NCBI RefSeq assembly: GCF_000284455.1
Contig: NC_017039.1
Coordinates: 240,001 to 272,000, forward strand
Direction: 5' to 3'
Length of the DNA: 32,000 bases
Origin: Synechocystis sp. PCC 6803 substr. PCC-P
GTDB taxonomy: Bacteria > Cyanobacteriota > Cyanobacteriia > Cyanobacteriales > Microcystaceae
Of the stretch, positions 16,698-25,994 are shown piece after piece (within the stretch, counting starts at the first letter, position 1; each line of letters starts with the position of its first letter). The notes beneath the pieces are model-generated. The model saw only the letters and a program-made list of their open reading frames with translations. It did not search any database and was not told the origin of the DNA. The position numbers were made by a program, and so were the translations under genes.

Positions 16698-17279
16698 ATG
16701 GCCTACTACTGGTTTAAAGCCTTCCACTTGATTGGCATTGTTGTTTGGTTTGCTGGATTATTTTATTTAGTGCGTCTTTTTGTCTATCACGCCGAGGCAG
16801 ACCAGGAGCCGGAACCAGCTAAAACTATCCTCAAAAAACAGTATGAGTTGATGGAAAAGCGGCTTTACAACATCATCACTACCCCCGGCATGGTAGTTAC
16901 GGTGGCTATGGCGATCGGTCTCATTTTCACAGAACCCGAAATTCTCAAATCCGGCTGGCTCCACATCAAACTCACCTTTGTGGCGTTACTGTTGCTTTAC
17001 CATTTCTATTGTGGTCGGGTGATGAAAAAGCTAGCCCAGGGGGAATCCCAATGGAGTGGGCAACAGTTCCGGGCTTTAAATGAGGCACCGACTATTTTGC
17101 TCGTGGTGATTGTCCTACTGGCGGTGTTTAAGAATAATTTGCCCCTGGATGCGACCACTTGGTTAATTGTAGCTTTGGTTATTGCCATGGCTGCTTCGAT
17201 TCAACTCTACGCTAAAAAACGTCGCCGGGACCAAGCACTATTAACGGAACAGCAAAAAGCGGCTTCTGCTCAGAATTAG
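16698..17279 (+). CDS. hemJ: Protoporphyrinogen IX oxidase, HemJ type
   Basis: The track ORF starts at 16647. The family N-terminus MAYYWFKAFHLIGIVVWFAGLFYLVRLF begins at ATG 16698, giving 193 aa with four predicted TM helices and the conserved His in FHLIG. This matches the HemJ (DUF2214/UPF0093-like) family known from Synechocystis. Confidence 0.82.
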   Translation: MAYYWFKAFHLIGIVVWFAGLFYLVRLFVYHAEADQEPEPAKTILKKQYELMEKRLYNIITTPGMVVTVAMAIGLIFTEPEILKSGWLHIKLTFVALLLLYHFYCGRVMKKLAQGESQWSGQQFRALNEAPTILLVVIVLLAVFKNNLPLDATTWLIVALVIAMAASIQLYAKKRRRDQALLTEQQKAASAQN

Positions 17280-17425
17280 CTGCTAACGTTGCTGACATGG
17301 TGACTGCAACTACCTACAACCAAGAGAAGTTGAGTTTAAGCTAGGCTTCATGCTTACTCCCTAACTCTGTCGCCACTTTAATCTGTTACCTATACTCTTA
17401 CATAAATATTTTCCATCACCCACTG

Positions 17426-18175
17426 ATGTCCCATACTCTGACTAAGCTCGATCTACCCACCTTACAAACGGAGCTGGAAAATGCCACCGCCCAACAGATC
17501 ATTACCTGGGCGGCCCAAACCTTTGGCCCTGGCTTGGTGATGAGTACTAGTTTTGGCATTCAGGCGGCGGTGATGCTCCATTTAGTGACTAGCATTGTGC
17601 CCAATATTCCTGTTATCTGGATTGACACGGGCTATTTACCGCTGGAAACCTATCAATTTGCGGATCAGTTGACCGGACGGCTACAGCTAAATTTAAAGGT
17701 TTACCAATCTCCCCTCAGCCCAGCTCGCATGGAAGCTCTGTACGGCAAGCTCTGGCAACAAAAAGACGTGGAATCCCTCAACCGTTATGATCAAATCCGC
17801 AAAGTTGAACCGATGCAGAGGGCATTAAAAGAACTAGAGGCGATCGCCTGGTTGACGGGGTTAAGGAGGGATCAAACTCGGCACCGCCAGAATTTGAAAC
17901 CAGTGGATCTCCAGGGTAATCAGTATAAAGTTCTCCCCATTTTGGACTGGAATTCTAAGATGGTTTACGAATATCTCACCGCCCACGATTTACCCTACCA
18001 TCCGTTTTTTGACCAGGGTTACGTCTCTGTGGGGGATTGGCATTCTAGCCGGCCCCTGATGGCCCACGATGAAGATGAAAGGGATACCCGTTTCCACGGC
18101 CTCAAACAGGAATGTGGTTTACATTTACCCCTGTCCCCGGAAGCTGGCCAGAGTTTGGATTCCAGTGCTTTGTAG
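17426..18175 (+). CDS. cysH: Phosphoadenosine phosphosulfate (PAPS) reductase, thioredoxin-dependent
   Basis: 249 aa. It has a PP-loop-like STSFG, WIDTGY, and the C-terminal catalytic KQECGLH motif. The protein has only one Cys and therefore lacks the CC...CxxC Fe-S ligands of APS reductases. That argues for the PAPS-type enzyme. Confidence 0.88.
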   Translation: MSHTLTKLDLPTLQTELENATAQQIITWAAQTFGPGLVMSTSFGIQAAVMLHLVTSIVPNIPVIWIDTGYLPLETYQFADQLTGRLQLNLKVYQSPLSPARMEALYGKLWQQKDVESLNRYDQIRKVEPMQRALKELEAIAWLTGLRRDQTRHRQNLKPVDLQGNQYKVLPILDWNSKMVYEYLTAHDLPYHPFFDQGYVSVGDWHSSRPLMAHDEDERDTRFHGLKQECGLHLPLSPEAGQSLDSSAL

Positions 18176-18226
18176 GGCAGTCAATGGCACTCGAAAGCTC
18201 TACTAACCTGTTGCCTGGAGAGAGGC

Positions 18227-19363
18227 TTAATTTTTGCTCAATGCTTCCGATAAACATTCAGCGGCCTGTTCTACCAAGGGAATGGTTTGTTGATACACCA
18301 TGCGGGTAGGTCCCAAAATGCTCACACTTCCCATGGGAATCTCTTGTTGGCGATAAATGGCGGACACCAACGTGCAAGGATGCATGGATTCCAGCGGGTT
18401 TTCTGCGCCAATGCGGATGGTCACCACTGGGCGGGTTTTAGGCATAGTTTCCCCGGTTAGCAAATTCATTTCCTGACCCAAGTTAGCCAGATTATCTCCA
18501 TAGTTATCGGGGTCGAACAGCAGGGAAAATAATTTATCCTGTTCCTGTTCTAACAAAGACAACAGCATTTGTACCTGTTCCAACTGGGAAAACTCTGGTT
18601 GTTGGATTACCTTAGAAACCCCATGAACCACTAAGGGGCCCGCCATGCGCCGTTGCAGGAGGGGCTTGATTTGTTGTTGTAAGCCTTTGAGAAAATCGGC
18701 ATAGATACTAAATTTTTGGTCTAGCTCTTGCCAATTTAAATGGCTCAACTCAGAAAGGTTTTTTCCCCGCAATTGGGCATTGAGAAAGTTGGAGAAAATT
18801 GCCAATTCCTGTTCCAATTCTCCCTCTTCCTTTGCTTCCATGGCAGCGGGTAAATCTAGGGTAGCGGAATGGGTGTGATAGCTGTCGGTCACCAGAATAA
18901 TTAATATCTGATGGGACGGTAACAGCATTAACTGTAAATGCCGCAATTGCACCGTTTCCGTTTGGGGAAAAGTAATCAGGGCGATATAACCGCTCAAGCC
19001 TGCCAAAATTTGCCCCATTCTCTGGATCAGGGCTTCAAAATGCCAATTATCACCATTAATTTCGTTTTCCAGTCGTTGTTTAACCGTGCGGCTCTGGCGA
19101 TCGCTCCAGGTCAAAAGATTATCAACATAAATGCGGTAACCGGAATCGGAGGGAACCCGCCCGGCGGAGACATGGGGTTGGTAGAGTAAACCCGCTTTTT
19201 CTAGTTGGCCGAGGGCATTGCGAATGGTGGCGGAACTGACAGCAAATTGATATTCCTGGGCCAGGGTATGGGAGCCCACAGGCTCGGCGGTGGCGATGTA
19301 GTGCTGGACGGTGGCGCGGAGAATTTGCTGATGGCGATCGTTTAAGCGGAGGGGCTTCACCAT
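18227..19363 (-). CDS. hrcA: Heat-inducible transcription repressor HrcA
   Basis: 378 aa. The N-terminal winged-helix signature LNDRHQQILRATVQHYIATAEPVGSHTLA ... SSATIRNALGQLEKAGLL ... HVSAGRVPSDSGYR is characteristic of HrcA. Confidence 0.9.
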   Translation of the reverse strand: MVKPLRLNDRHQQILRATVQHYIATAEPVGSHTLAQEYQFAVSSATIRNALGQLEKAGLLYQPHVSAGRVPSDSGYRIYVDNLLTWSDRQSRTVKQRLENEINGDNWHFEALIQRMGQILAGLSGYIALITFPQTETVQLRHLQLMLLPSHQILIILVTDSYHTHSATLDLPAAMEAKEEGELEQELAIFSNFLNAQLRGKNLSELSHLNWQELDQKFSIYADFLKGLQQQIKPLLQRRMAGPLVVHGVSKVIQQPEFSQLEQVQMLLSLLEQEQDKLFSLLFDPDNYGDNLANLGQEMNLLTGETMPKTRPVVTIRIGAENPLESMHPCTLVSAIYRQQEIPMGSVSILGPTRMVYQQTIPLVEQAAECLSEALSKN

Positions 19364-19559
19364 TGTTTCCTAAATTGCGGGCTAAAGACTAGATGTTAAA
19401 ACGGTTGTTGTCGGGATAGATAAATTGGGTTCAGAGTTAAAAGTCTATAAAGGATTCTTAAAAAAATTAGATTATAAAATAATTACCCAGGATTTGCTTG
19501 GGCCGTTGCTGGTGTGCCCTGGATTATATCCCATCAATTAAAAGTGAAAGTTAAGCAAG

Positions 19560-19644
19560 CGGAGAGGGTGGGATTCGAACCCACGTTGAGTTTCCCCAAA
19601 CCCGATTTCAAGTCGGGCGCATTCGACCACTCTGCCACCTCTCC
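19560..19644 (-). tRNA. tRNA-Ser (anticodon UGA), class II with a long variable arm
   Basis: The reverse complement reads GGAGAGG-TG-GCAGAGTGGTCGAATGC-G-CCCGA-CTTGAAA-TCGGG-TTTGGGGAAACTCAAC-GTGGG-TTCGAAT-CCCAC-CCTCTCC-G. It has a 7-bp acceptor stem, a TPsiC loop TTCGAAT and an anticodon loop CT-TGA-AA. CCA is not encoded. Confidence 0.92.
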
Positions 19645-19701
19645 AGGGGGTCAAAGATTAGTTAATCATCTTACCATGGCCGTCCTAGGGACATTGCCCG
19701 G

Positions 19702-20271
19702 TCAATTTTGTTCGGCACTGCATTGGGGTTTAAGCAGTCCTGGAATAGTGGCCAGTAATTCTCCGGCGATCGCCAGAGGATCTTGGTCTGCCTGCAGGGG
19801 AAACCGGAGATCCGCCTGGGCGTAGAGGGGTTGCCGTTGGGCCAATAAATTTCCTAACCGTTCTTCCAGATTTTCCACCTGGAGCAGGGGTCTTGCTTCA
19901 TCTCCCTGGAGCCTGGCCAAAAGTAATTCCAGGGAACCATCAAGCCAAATGACCAGGCCATGGTGTAGATAACTCCAATTTTGTCGTCGGAGCACCACTC
20001 CGCCCCCGGTGGCAATGACGCTTCTGGTTTGGGCCGCCAGATGTCCCAACACTTCCGTCTCCAAATCCCGAAAAGTATCTTCCCCATCCTCCGCAAAAAT
20101 GTCGGCGATCGCCTTGCCAGCCACCCGCTCAATCAACACATCCGCATCGAAAAAACGGTACCCCAACTGTTCTGCCAACAACGGCCCGACGGTGGATTTA
20201 CCACTGCCCATCATGCCGATCAGAAACAGGTTAACGCCTTGTAATTGTTCTTTGATTAGATCCTGGGCCAT
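19702..20271 (-). CDS. aroK: Shikimate kinase
   Basis: 189 aa with the P-loop [11 protein letters not shown], then DADVLIE, FRDLE and ATGGG, typical of AroK. Confidence 0.9.
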
Positions 20272-20462
20272 GGCAAAAGTTACAGAGGTTGAAAAATAGT
20301 GAACAGTAATTGGATGTCAGTCCGAAGCCAATTTGCCCCCTAGGGTTCGGCAACGCATCGGCGTTCCCTAGCTTAAATTATCTTGATGTCCAAAGAAGGC
20401 TCGCTTTCGGGAATCACCATTACCATTGGAGGGAAAGACGTTGAACTTGTTTAATCGCCATT

Positions 20463-21638
20463 ATGGGTAAGAATCTCCTCGAACAACTGCGCCAATTTAC
20501 AGTGGTGGTGGCCGACACCGGCGACATCCAAGCCATTGAAACCTTTACCCCCAGGGATTCCACCACTAATCCTTCTTTGATTACGGCGGCGGCCCAGATG
20601 CCCCAGTACCAGGAAATTGTGGACAGCACCCTGCTCAAAGCTAAGGACGAAGCTGGGGAAAATGCATCTATTAAAGACATTGTCCGATTGGCCTTTGACC
20701 GTTTGGCGGTGGCTTTTGGCCTCAAAATTCTGCAAATTATCCCCGGCCGGGTTTCTACGGAAGTTGATGCCCGCCTTTCCTACGACACGGAAGCCACCAT
20801 TGCCAAAGCTCGCTACCTAATTGGGGAATATGCCAAAGCTGGCATTGATAAAAAACGCATTCTGATCAAAATTGCTTCCACTTGGGAGGGTATTAAGGCT
20901 GCAGAAGTATTGGAACAAGAAGGTATTCACTGTAACCTTACTCTACTATTCGGTCTCCACCAGGCGATCGCCTGTGCCGAAGCCAAAGTCACCCTAATTT
21001 CCCCCTTTGTGGGACGCATTTTGGATTGGTACAAAAAAAGTACTGGCAAGGAATATGACAGCCACGAAGACCCAGGGGTACAGTCTGTTACAACCATTTA
21101 CAACTACTACAAACGCTTTGGTTACAAAACTGAAGTGATGGGAGCCAGCTTCCGTAACATTGGCGAAATCATCGAACTGGCCGGCTGTGACCTGTTGACC
21201 ATTTCCCCCCAACTGTTGGATCAACTGCGGAACACCGAAGGGGATTTACCTCGCAAACTCGACCCCGCCACGGTGCCCCAGGACATTGAAAAAATTGTTA
21301 TGGACAAGGCCACCTTCGACAAAATGCATGCCGAAGATCCGATGGCCTCGGAAAAACTGGCCGAAGGCATTGCCGGTTTCACCAAGGCTCTGGAGGTGTT
21401 GGAACATTTATTGGAAGAAAGGTTAAAAGTTCTCGATGGCCAAGAGCACATCAAACATGGGGCAGAGGAAATTTTCCATGCCTATGATCTAGATGGGGAC
21501 GGTTTTATTACCAGGGAGGAATGGGCCGGCACCGATGTGGTTTTTGATGCCCTAGACCGGGACCATGATGGCAAAATCACCGCCGCTGAAATGTCCGCTG
21601 GGTTGGGAGCCGCTTTCCGTTTAGCCTCTGTTGGTTAG
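20463..21638 (+). CDS. tal: Transaldolase (class I, TalB-like) with a C-terminal pair of EF-hands
   Basis: 391 aa. Motifs are [17 protein letters not shown], the Schiff-base Lys context [12 protein letters not shown], and [11 protein letters not shown]. The last ~59 aa contain two canonical 12-residue Ca-binding loops, [12 protein letters not shown] and [12 protein letters not shown]. Confidence 0.92.
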   Translation: MGKNLLEQLRQFTVVVADTGDIQAIETFTPRDSTTNPSLITAAAQMPQYQEIVDSTLLKAKDEAGENASIKDIVRLAFDRLAVAFGLKILQIIPGRVSTEVDARLSYDTEATIAKARYLIGEYAKAGIDKKRILIKIASTWEGIKAAEVLEQEGIHCNLTLLFGLHQAIACAEAKVTLISPFVGRILDWYKKSTGKEYDSHEDPGVQSVTTIYNYYKRFGYKTEVMGASFRNIGEIIELAGCDLLTISPQLLDQLRNTEGDLPRKLDPATVPQDIEKIVMDKATFDKMHAEDPMASEKLAEGIAGFTKALEVLEHLLEERLKVLDGQEHIKHGAEEIFHAYDLDGDGFITREEWAGTDVVFDALDRDHDGKITAAEMSAGLGAAFRLASVG

Positions 21639-21669
21639 GTGTTCTCAGGGCCCAGCCCTTAAAAGTATT

Positions 21670-21691
21670 GGGGAAAACCATCCCCTCTTTT
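21670..21691 (+). terminator. Candidate rho-independent terminator after tal
   Basis: Stem GGGGA (21670-21674), loop AAACCA, stem TCCCC (21681-21685), followed by TCTTTT. It lies 32 nt after the tal stop. The stem is short, so confidence is moderate. Confidence 0.45.
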
Positions 21692-21862
21692 GCTGTCCTC
21701 AACGGGGCTTTTTGCCATGGCCGCCGTTGTAGTTTCTCCCCAGTTAATCACAGCACCATTATTTTGCTGAGTTGCCCTCAGTTTGGGGGCGAGGGAGGGC
21801 ACAGATTCCGCTAAACTGGGGGGGATTGCAATGTTTCTTTACTTAACCACTATTTAAGCAAT

Positions 21863-22060
21863 ATGACGATTGAAATAGGTCAAAAAGTTAAGGTTTACCG
21901 TCTGCGGGACCGGGTTTCCCCCGATGTGGTGGGTAAACTAGGTAAAGTCGGTGTTGTTAAGGATTTTAAAATGACCGATGGCAGTGGCATTGGAGCGGTG
22001 GTTTCCTTTGATGACCGCACCGCCACCTGGTTTTTTGAGGATGAGCTCAAAGCGATTTAA
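21863..22060 (+). CDS. Small conserved hypothetical protein (65 aa, SH3/KOW-like beta-rich appearance)
   Basis: ATG start and a clean ORF with no overlap. MTIEIGQKVKVYRLRDRVSPDVVGKLGKVGVVKDFKMTDGSGIGAVVSFDDRTATWFFEDELKAI resembles small cyanobacterial/plastid-lineage proteins of unknown function (I believe a DUF2862-type family, unverified). Confidence 0.6.
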   Translation: MTIEIGQKVKVYRLRDRVSPDVVGKLGKVGVVKDFKMTDGSGIGAVVSFDDRTATWFFEDELKAI

Positions 22061-22176
22061 TAACTGGTTTTGCTCTCCCCCATTGGTTTTGACTACTTTT
22101 CCCGATCGCCGTTGAAGTGTTTTTACGGTTTGATTCGGGAATCTTTATTATTTTTGCTGGATTCTAGGAAATTGCT

Positions 22177-23265
22177 GTGGCGTTAGTTCTGACTTTTTTA
22201 GGGAAAGGCGGTGTTGGCCGCACCACGGTGGCGATCGCCGCGGCTAAAAAACTGGCCCAAGCGGGTCAGAGGGTACTGGTGCTGGGGCAGGATCCTAGTT
22301 TGGCCTGGCAATGGGGCATAACTCTGTCGGAAACGGCCCAGGGGGTGGAGGCGAACGTTGATGGTTTACTACTTAGTTCCACCCATCTGCTGGAAAGAGG
22401 CTGGGAAAAGCTCAAGGAAGTGGAAGCCCAGTATCTGCGATCGCCGGCGCTGAAAAATATCTATGGGGAAGAATTAGGAGTTCTGCCGGGCATGGACGAA
22501 GTGTTGGTGCTCAATGCCCTGCGGGAATACGAACTCAGTGGTCGCTATGACGTGCTGATTTACGACGGCCCCGGTAACCTCTCCACTCTGAGAATGTTGG
22601 GCATTCCCGAAATTGCCAGTTGGTATTGGCGGCGTTTCCAGAAAGTATTGGCGGATTCGGAAGTGGTGCAGACCCTTTCCCCCTTTGTGCAACCCGTGGC
22701 CAGTGCGGTGCTGAGTGTGAACTGGAGTCCAGACCAAATGCTCAACCATCCCGATGGCCCCCAAAATTTATTGCAACAAGGTAAAGCGGCGATCGCCGAC
22801 CCCAATCGGTTTGCCGCCTATTTGGTTACTAGCACTGATTCCCTGGCGCAAAAAGCAGCCCAGAGCTATTGGGGTGGGGCCCAGCAAGTCGGAGTAACAG
22901 TAAAGGGCGTGATTCAAACTCCCTTGGGTAATGGCAGTTTAGATGCAAATTTATTTGATCCGTTGCTCATTGCGGCTCTACCAAGTTACAACCAAGGTAA
23001 CTGGCAACCCCTGATGGATGCGCTCCCTAATCCCCAGGCCATGGGGTCGGCTCCCCGACCATTGGAAATTGACGTTAACGCCCGCCAGGTGAAGGTATTT
23101 TTGCCCGGTTTTGATAAACGTCAGGTGAAATTAACCCAGTCCGGGCCGGAGTTAACCATTGAAGCGGGGGATCAGCGGCGCAACATTGACTTACCGGGGA
23201 ATCTACGGGGTAAGGGAGTGACGGGAGCCAAATTCCAAGGAGGATATTTAATTGTTAGTTTTTAG
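22177..23265 (+). CDS. ArsA/Get3-like P-loop ATPase fused to a C-terminal HSP20/alpha-crystallin-like domain
   Basis: GTG start, 362 aa. It has the deviant Walker A GKGGVGRTTVAIAAA and the switch region DVLIYDGPG. The last ~70 aa (23053-23262), IDVNARQVKVFLPGFDKRQVKLTQSGPELTIEAGDQRRNIDLP...GAKFQGGYLIVSF, follow the alpha-crystallin-domain pattern. Confidence 0.8.
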   Translation: MALVLTFLGKGGVGRTTVAIAAAKKLAQAGQRVLVLGQDPSLAWQWGITLSETAQGVEANVDGLLLSSTHLLERGWEKLKEVEAQYLRSPALKNIYGEELGVLPGMDEVLVLNALREYELSGRYDVLIYDGPGNLSTLRMLGIPEIASWYWRRFQKVLADSEVVQTLSPFVQPVASAVLSVNWSPDQMLNHPDGPQNLLQQGKAAIADPNRFAAYLVTSTDSLAQKAAQSYWGGAQQVGVTVKGVIQTPLGNGSLDANLFDPLLIAALPSYNQGNWQPLMDALPNPQAMGSAPRPLEIDVNARQVKVFLPGFDKRQVKLTQSGPELTIEAGDQRRNIDLPGNLRGKGVTGAKFQGGYLIVSF

Positions 23266-23965
23266 TGTTAACTTGACCCAATCCCTGCGTCGGCGTGGTT
23301 TTTGGTTCACCCTGGCCCTGGTGGGGTTGGCGATCGCCGTGGGTAGCTTTCTCATCAGTCCTTTTTCCAAGGTTATTCCCGACCCAGTGGTGGACATTAA
23401 CCCGGTCTCTACAACGGCAAGGGGCACCGAAAAAGCCGTTTTTGCCGGGGGCTGTTTTTGGGGACTGGAGGCCATGTTTGAGGAAGTGCGGGGTGTTAAG
23501 GATGTGCAAACCGGCTACAGCGGCGGCACTGAAGCCACGGCCAACTATGCCAGGGTGAGTGGTGGCGGCACGGACCATGCGGAATCCATTGAAATTGTTT
23601 ATGACCCCGCCCAGGTAAGTTACGGCGAACTGCTGAAAATTTTCTTTTCCGTCGGCCATGACCCCACCCAAGTTAACCGCCAGGGCGTAGACCAGGGTCG
23701 TCAATATCGTTCGGCCATTTTTGCCACCACTCCTGAGCAAAAGCAGGTGGCCCAAGCTTACATTGACCAACTAGAGGAAAGTCAGGCCTTTGACCAGGCG
23801 ATCGCCACGGAGGTGAATGACTTTGATGCCTTTTATCCAGCGGAGGATTATCACCAGGATTTTGTCCAACGGAATCCGGCCCATCCCTATGTGTTGGTCC
23901 ATGATTTGCCCAAACTCCGAAAATTTCGTCAGCAGTATAGCGATAAATTAAAAGCCCAAAGTTAG
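23252..23965 (+). CDS. msrA: Peptide-methionine (S)-S-oxide reductase MsrA with an N-terminal signal/anchor
   Basis: It has the catalytic GGCFWGLEAMF motif plus YSGG, GTDHAESIEIVYDP and YHQDF. The N-terminal ~60 aa contain SLRRRGFWFTLALVGLAIAVGSFL, which is an RRR followed by a hydrophobic helix. TTG 23252 is preceded by AGGAGG (23239-23244) and overlaps the upstream gene by 14 nt. TTG 23273 is an alternative start. Confidence 0.88.
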   Translation: MLVFSVNLTQSLRRRGFWFTLALVGLAIAVGSFLISPFSKVIPDPVVDINPVSTTARGTEKAVFAGGCFWGLEAMFEEVRGVKDVQTGYSGGTEATANYARVSGGGTDHAESIEIVYDPAQVSYGELLKIFFSVGHDPTQVNRQGVDQGRQYRSAIFATTPEQKQVAQAYIDQLEESQAFDQAIATEVNDFDAFYPAEDYHQDFVQRNPAHPYVLVHDLPKLRKFRQQYSDKLKAQS

Positions 23966-24189
23966 GGGTTAGTAAACCTTGTTTAAATCAAGACTTACTT
24001 TTGTCTAGTTATAAGCAGTCTAGGACGATCACCATGGTCGTCCAGCAAGGGCTTAACAAGGCCCTAAATGACTGTCAATCCACTCTCAGCCCCTCCTTTA
24101 ATAGGCAAGAAAATTGGCAAAAGCGACCTTCAGAAGGACAAAAATAGTGGGCTTTGGCTAACTACCAGAGAAATTACTGAACAAAATCA

Positions 24190-24477
24190 ATGACCGATAT
24201 TCAAAAACAGTTACAAGAAGAACTAGCCCCCATGGATTGGGGCACCATTATTCCCCACGCCAAACGGGATGCGGTGATTGTGGTGGATAGTAGTTTAGAT
24301 TTGCTCTCCGTTGGTCTGGCGATCGCCAAGGATGAAGTTAACCAAGTCAACCATTGGATTAGCGAATTATTGATCCATAAGCCCACGGAGAAGGAATTGA
24401 CCGATTGGAACGATGATCCAGAACGGGAATTTCAAACCCTGATTGTGCAACCCTATGTGTTAGTACAACCCGGTTGA
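24190..24477 (+). CDS. Small conserved hypothetical protein (95 aa)
   Basis: A clean ATG-initiated ORF in an otherwise empty interval. The sequence (MDWGTIIPHAKRDAVIVVDSSLDLLSVGLAIAKDE...) resembles a cyanobacterial DUF family (I believe DUF2288, unverified). No functional motif. Confidence 0.55.
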   Translation: MTDIQKQLQEELAPMDWGTIIPHAKRDAVIVVDSSLDLLSVGLAIAKDEVNQVNHWISELLIHKPTEKELTDWNDDPEREFQTLIVQPYVLVQPG

Positions 24478-24515
24478 ATTGAGGGTCTTTAACTACAGGT
24501 CTTAAAAAGTACAGC

Positions 24516-25316
24516 CTAAGCATCAATGGCCCGGATTTGGGTCAGGATAGCTTCCGCTTTTTGGGCCATGTCCTTTTTCTCTTGGGCGTTGAATAATTCG
24601 GCGGCCTTGGTTAAATCGGCGATCGCCTTGGGTTCATCTCCCAGACGATATTGGGTTAACCCTCGATTGAAATAGGCTTCAGCGGAGTCGGGATCCAACT
24701 GAATGCTTTGGTTATAATCCGCTAAGGCTTGTTGGTCTTGCTTGAGACGATTATGGGTCAACGCCCGGTTGTAATAGGCATTGGCATGTTGGGCATTAAT
24801 GCGAATGGCATCGTTATAGTCGGCGATCGCCGTAGTTTCATTGCCTAATTGGGACTGGGAGTTACCCCGATAAACATAAAAGTCCGCATAGTTGGGATTA
24901 ATTTCGATGGCATTGCTGCAATCTTGAATGGCTTTGTCGTACTGACTCAGTAAAAAATAAGCATAACAACGGTTACCCAGGGCATAGGCAAATTCAGGAT
25001 TTAAACTAATGGCCTGGTTGTAGTCCGTAATGGCCGCCTGGTATTGCCCCAAAACGTGCTTGGCATAGCCCCGGTTGTAATAGGCATCGGCGTCCTGGTC
25101 ATTGAGTTTGATGGATTCGGTAAAATCGGCGATCGCCCCGGAGAAATTTTGCGCCGCTAGTTTGTCCACCCCATCGTTGTACCATTGCACCGCTGACTTA
25201 GTTTGGGCCAACACGGGCAAGCTCAAGCCCCAGGCAAAGGTTAAAGCCATGACGGTGAAGCGTTGGGGCCAGGGAAAAGGATGGGGGGATGCCATAGAAT
25301 TTTTCAAAATTAACAT
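24516..25316 (-). CDS. Exported tetratricopeptide-repeat (TPR) protein
   Basis: 266 aa. It has a signal-like segment FTVMALTFAWGLSLPVLAQ followed by about six consecutive 34-residue TPR units, with recurring A..Y.NRG.......Y..AI.DY..AI.L.P... patterns. Confidence 0.85.
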   Translation of the reverse strand: MLILKNSMASPHPFPWPQRFTVMALTFAWGLSLPVLAQTKSAVQWYNDGVDKLAAQNFSGAIADFTESIKLNDQDADAYYNRGYAKHVLGQYQAAITDYNQAISLNPEFAYALGNRCYAYFLLSQYDKAIQDCSNAIEINPNYADFYVYRGNSQSQLGNETTAIADYNDAIRINAQHANAYYNRALTHNRLKQDQQALADYNQSIQLDPDSAEAYFNRGLTQYRLGDEPKAIADLTKAAELFNAQEKKDMAQKAEAILTQIRAIDA

Positions 25317-25413
25317 CAGGTCAATGGGCGGAGGTGGGTAGTTGGCCTAGATTAGGGCAATCTACTTGCCATGGGCAATGGAATTCGTTTGGAATGAATG
25401 AAATTAAACTCCC

Positions 25414-25938
25414 TTAGTTGATGAACCATGGTAACAAGCTGGGAATTACCAATGGATCCCCCCTCAGCCAGGCAATTAACAGGGCCAAGGCCAAACAGCC
25501 CCCCAGGGTTAAACCCAACAGAGCCAGCGCAAAAAACTCCCCCGCCGACAAAGGGCGATCACTAGCATCCAAATAGGCGGAATTTCTTCCCAAGCTTGTT
25601 GATGCGGCCGAATTTTGCCCTTGGAGGGGATCCGGCGGTACCTGAATCACATTCCAACGGGAATAGCCAATTTGCAAGTCGTACACAGAACGGCGATCAG
25701 GATTGCTCAATACAGCATAAGCCTCATTCAAGCGCTGAAATTTGACCGTGGCAATGTCTGGGGTTAATAGGGTAGTGTCTGGATGGTAGCGCTTGCTTAA
25801 TTCCCGGTAGGCTCGACGGATGGCCACCGGGGAAGCGGCGGGGTGTAGTTCCAAAACACCGTAATAACTGTCGGCAAAAGGAGAAGGGGCCACTCCCGGT
25901 CGGGGTCGAGATTGGGTGGAATGGGGATTAGAAGACAC
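25414..25938 (-). CDS. J-domain (DnaJ-like) protein with a C-terminal transmembrane anchor
   Basis: GTG start, 174 aa. The J-domain reads YYGVLELHPAASPVAIRRAYRELSKRYHPD (HPD motif). There is no Gly/Phe or Zn-finger region. The C-terminal hydrophobic helix is FFALALLGLTLGGCLALALLIAWL. Confidence 0.85.
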   Translation of the reverse strand: MSSNPHSTQSRPRPGVAPSPFADSYYGVLELHPAASPVAIRRAYRELSKRYHPDTTLLTPDIATVKFQRLNEAYAVLSNPDRRSVYDLQIGYSRWNVIQVPPDPLQGQNSAASTSLGRNSAYLDASDRPLSAGEFFALALLGLTLGGCLALALLIAWLRGDPLVIPSLLPWFIN

Positions 25939-25994
25939 GGGAAAGTTTACATTGGGAAAGACTTTGCCCTATTTTAGACTGAGTTTTTTCCACG

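Noticed and set aside
16463-16699. 78-aa reverse-strand ORF in the GNAT/hemJ intergenic region
   Set aside because: Its start overlaps the hemJ start codon region. The product is Gly/Gln/Ser-rich with no motif or hydrophobic pattern, and no RBS-like sequence is present.
19364-19559. Looked for a CIRCE operator (TTAGCACTC-N9-GAGTGCTAA) upstream of hrcA
   Set aside because: No match or near-match to the inverted repeat is visible in the hrcA upstream region, so autoregulation via CIRCE cannot be claimed from this sequence.
19514-19825. 103-aa + strand ORF
   Set aside because: It runs straight through the reverse-strand tRNA-Ser (19560-19644) and into the 3' end of aroK, so it is an artefact.
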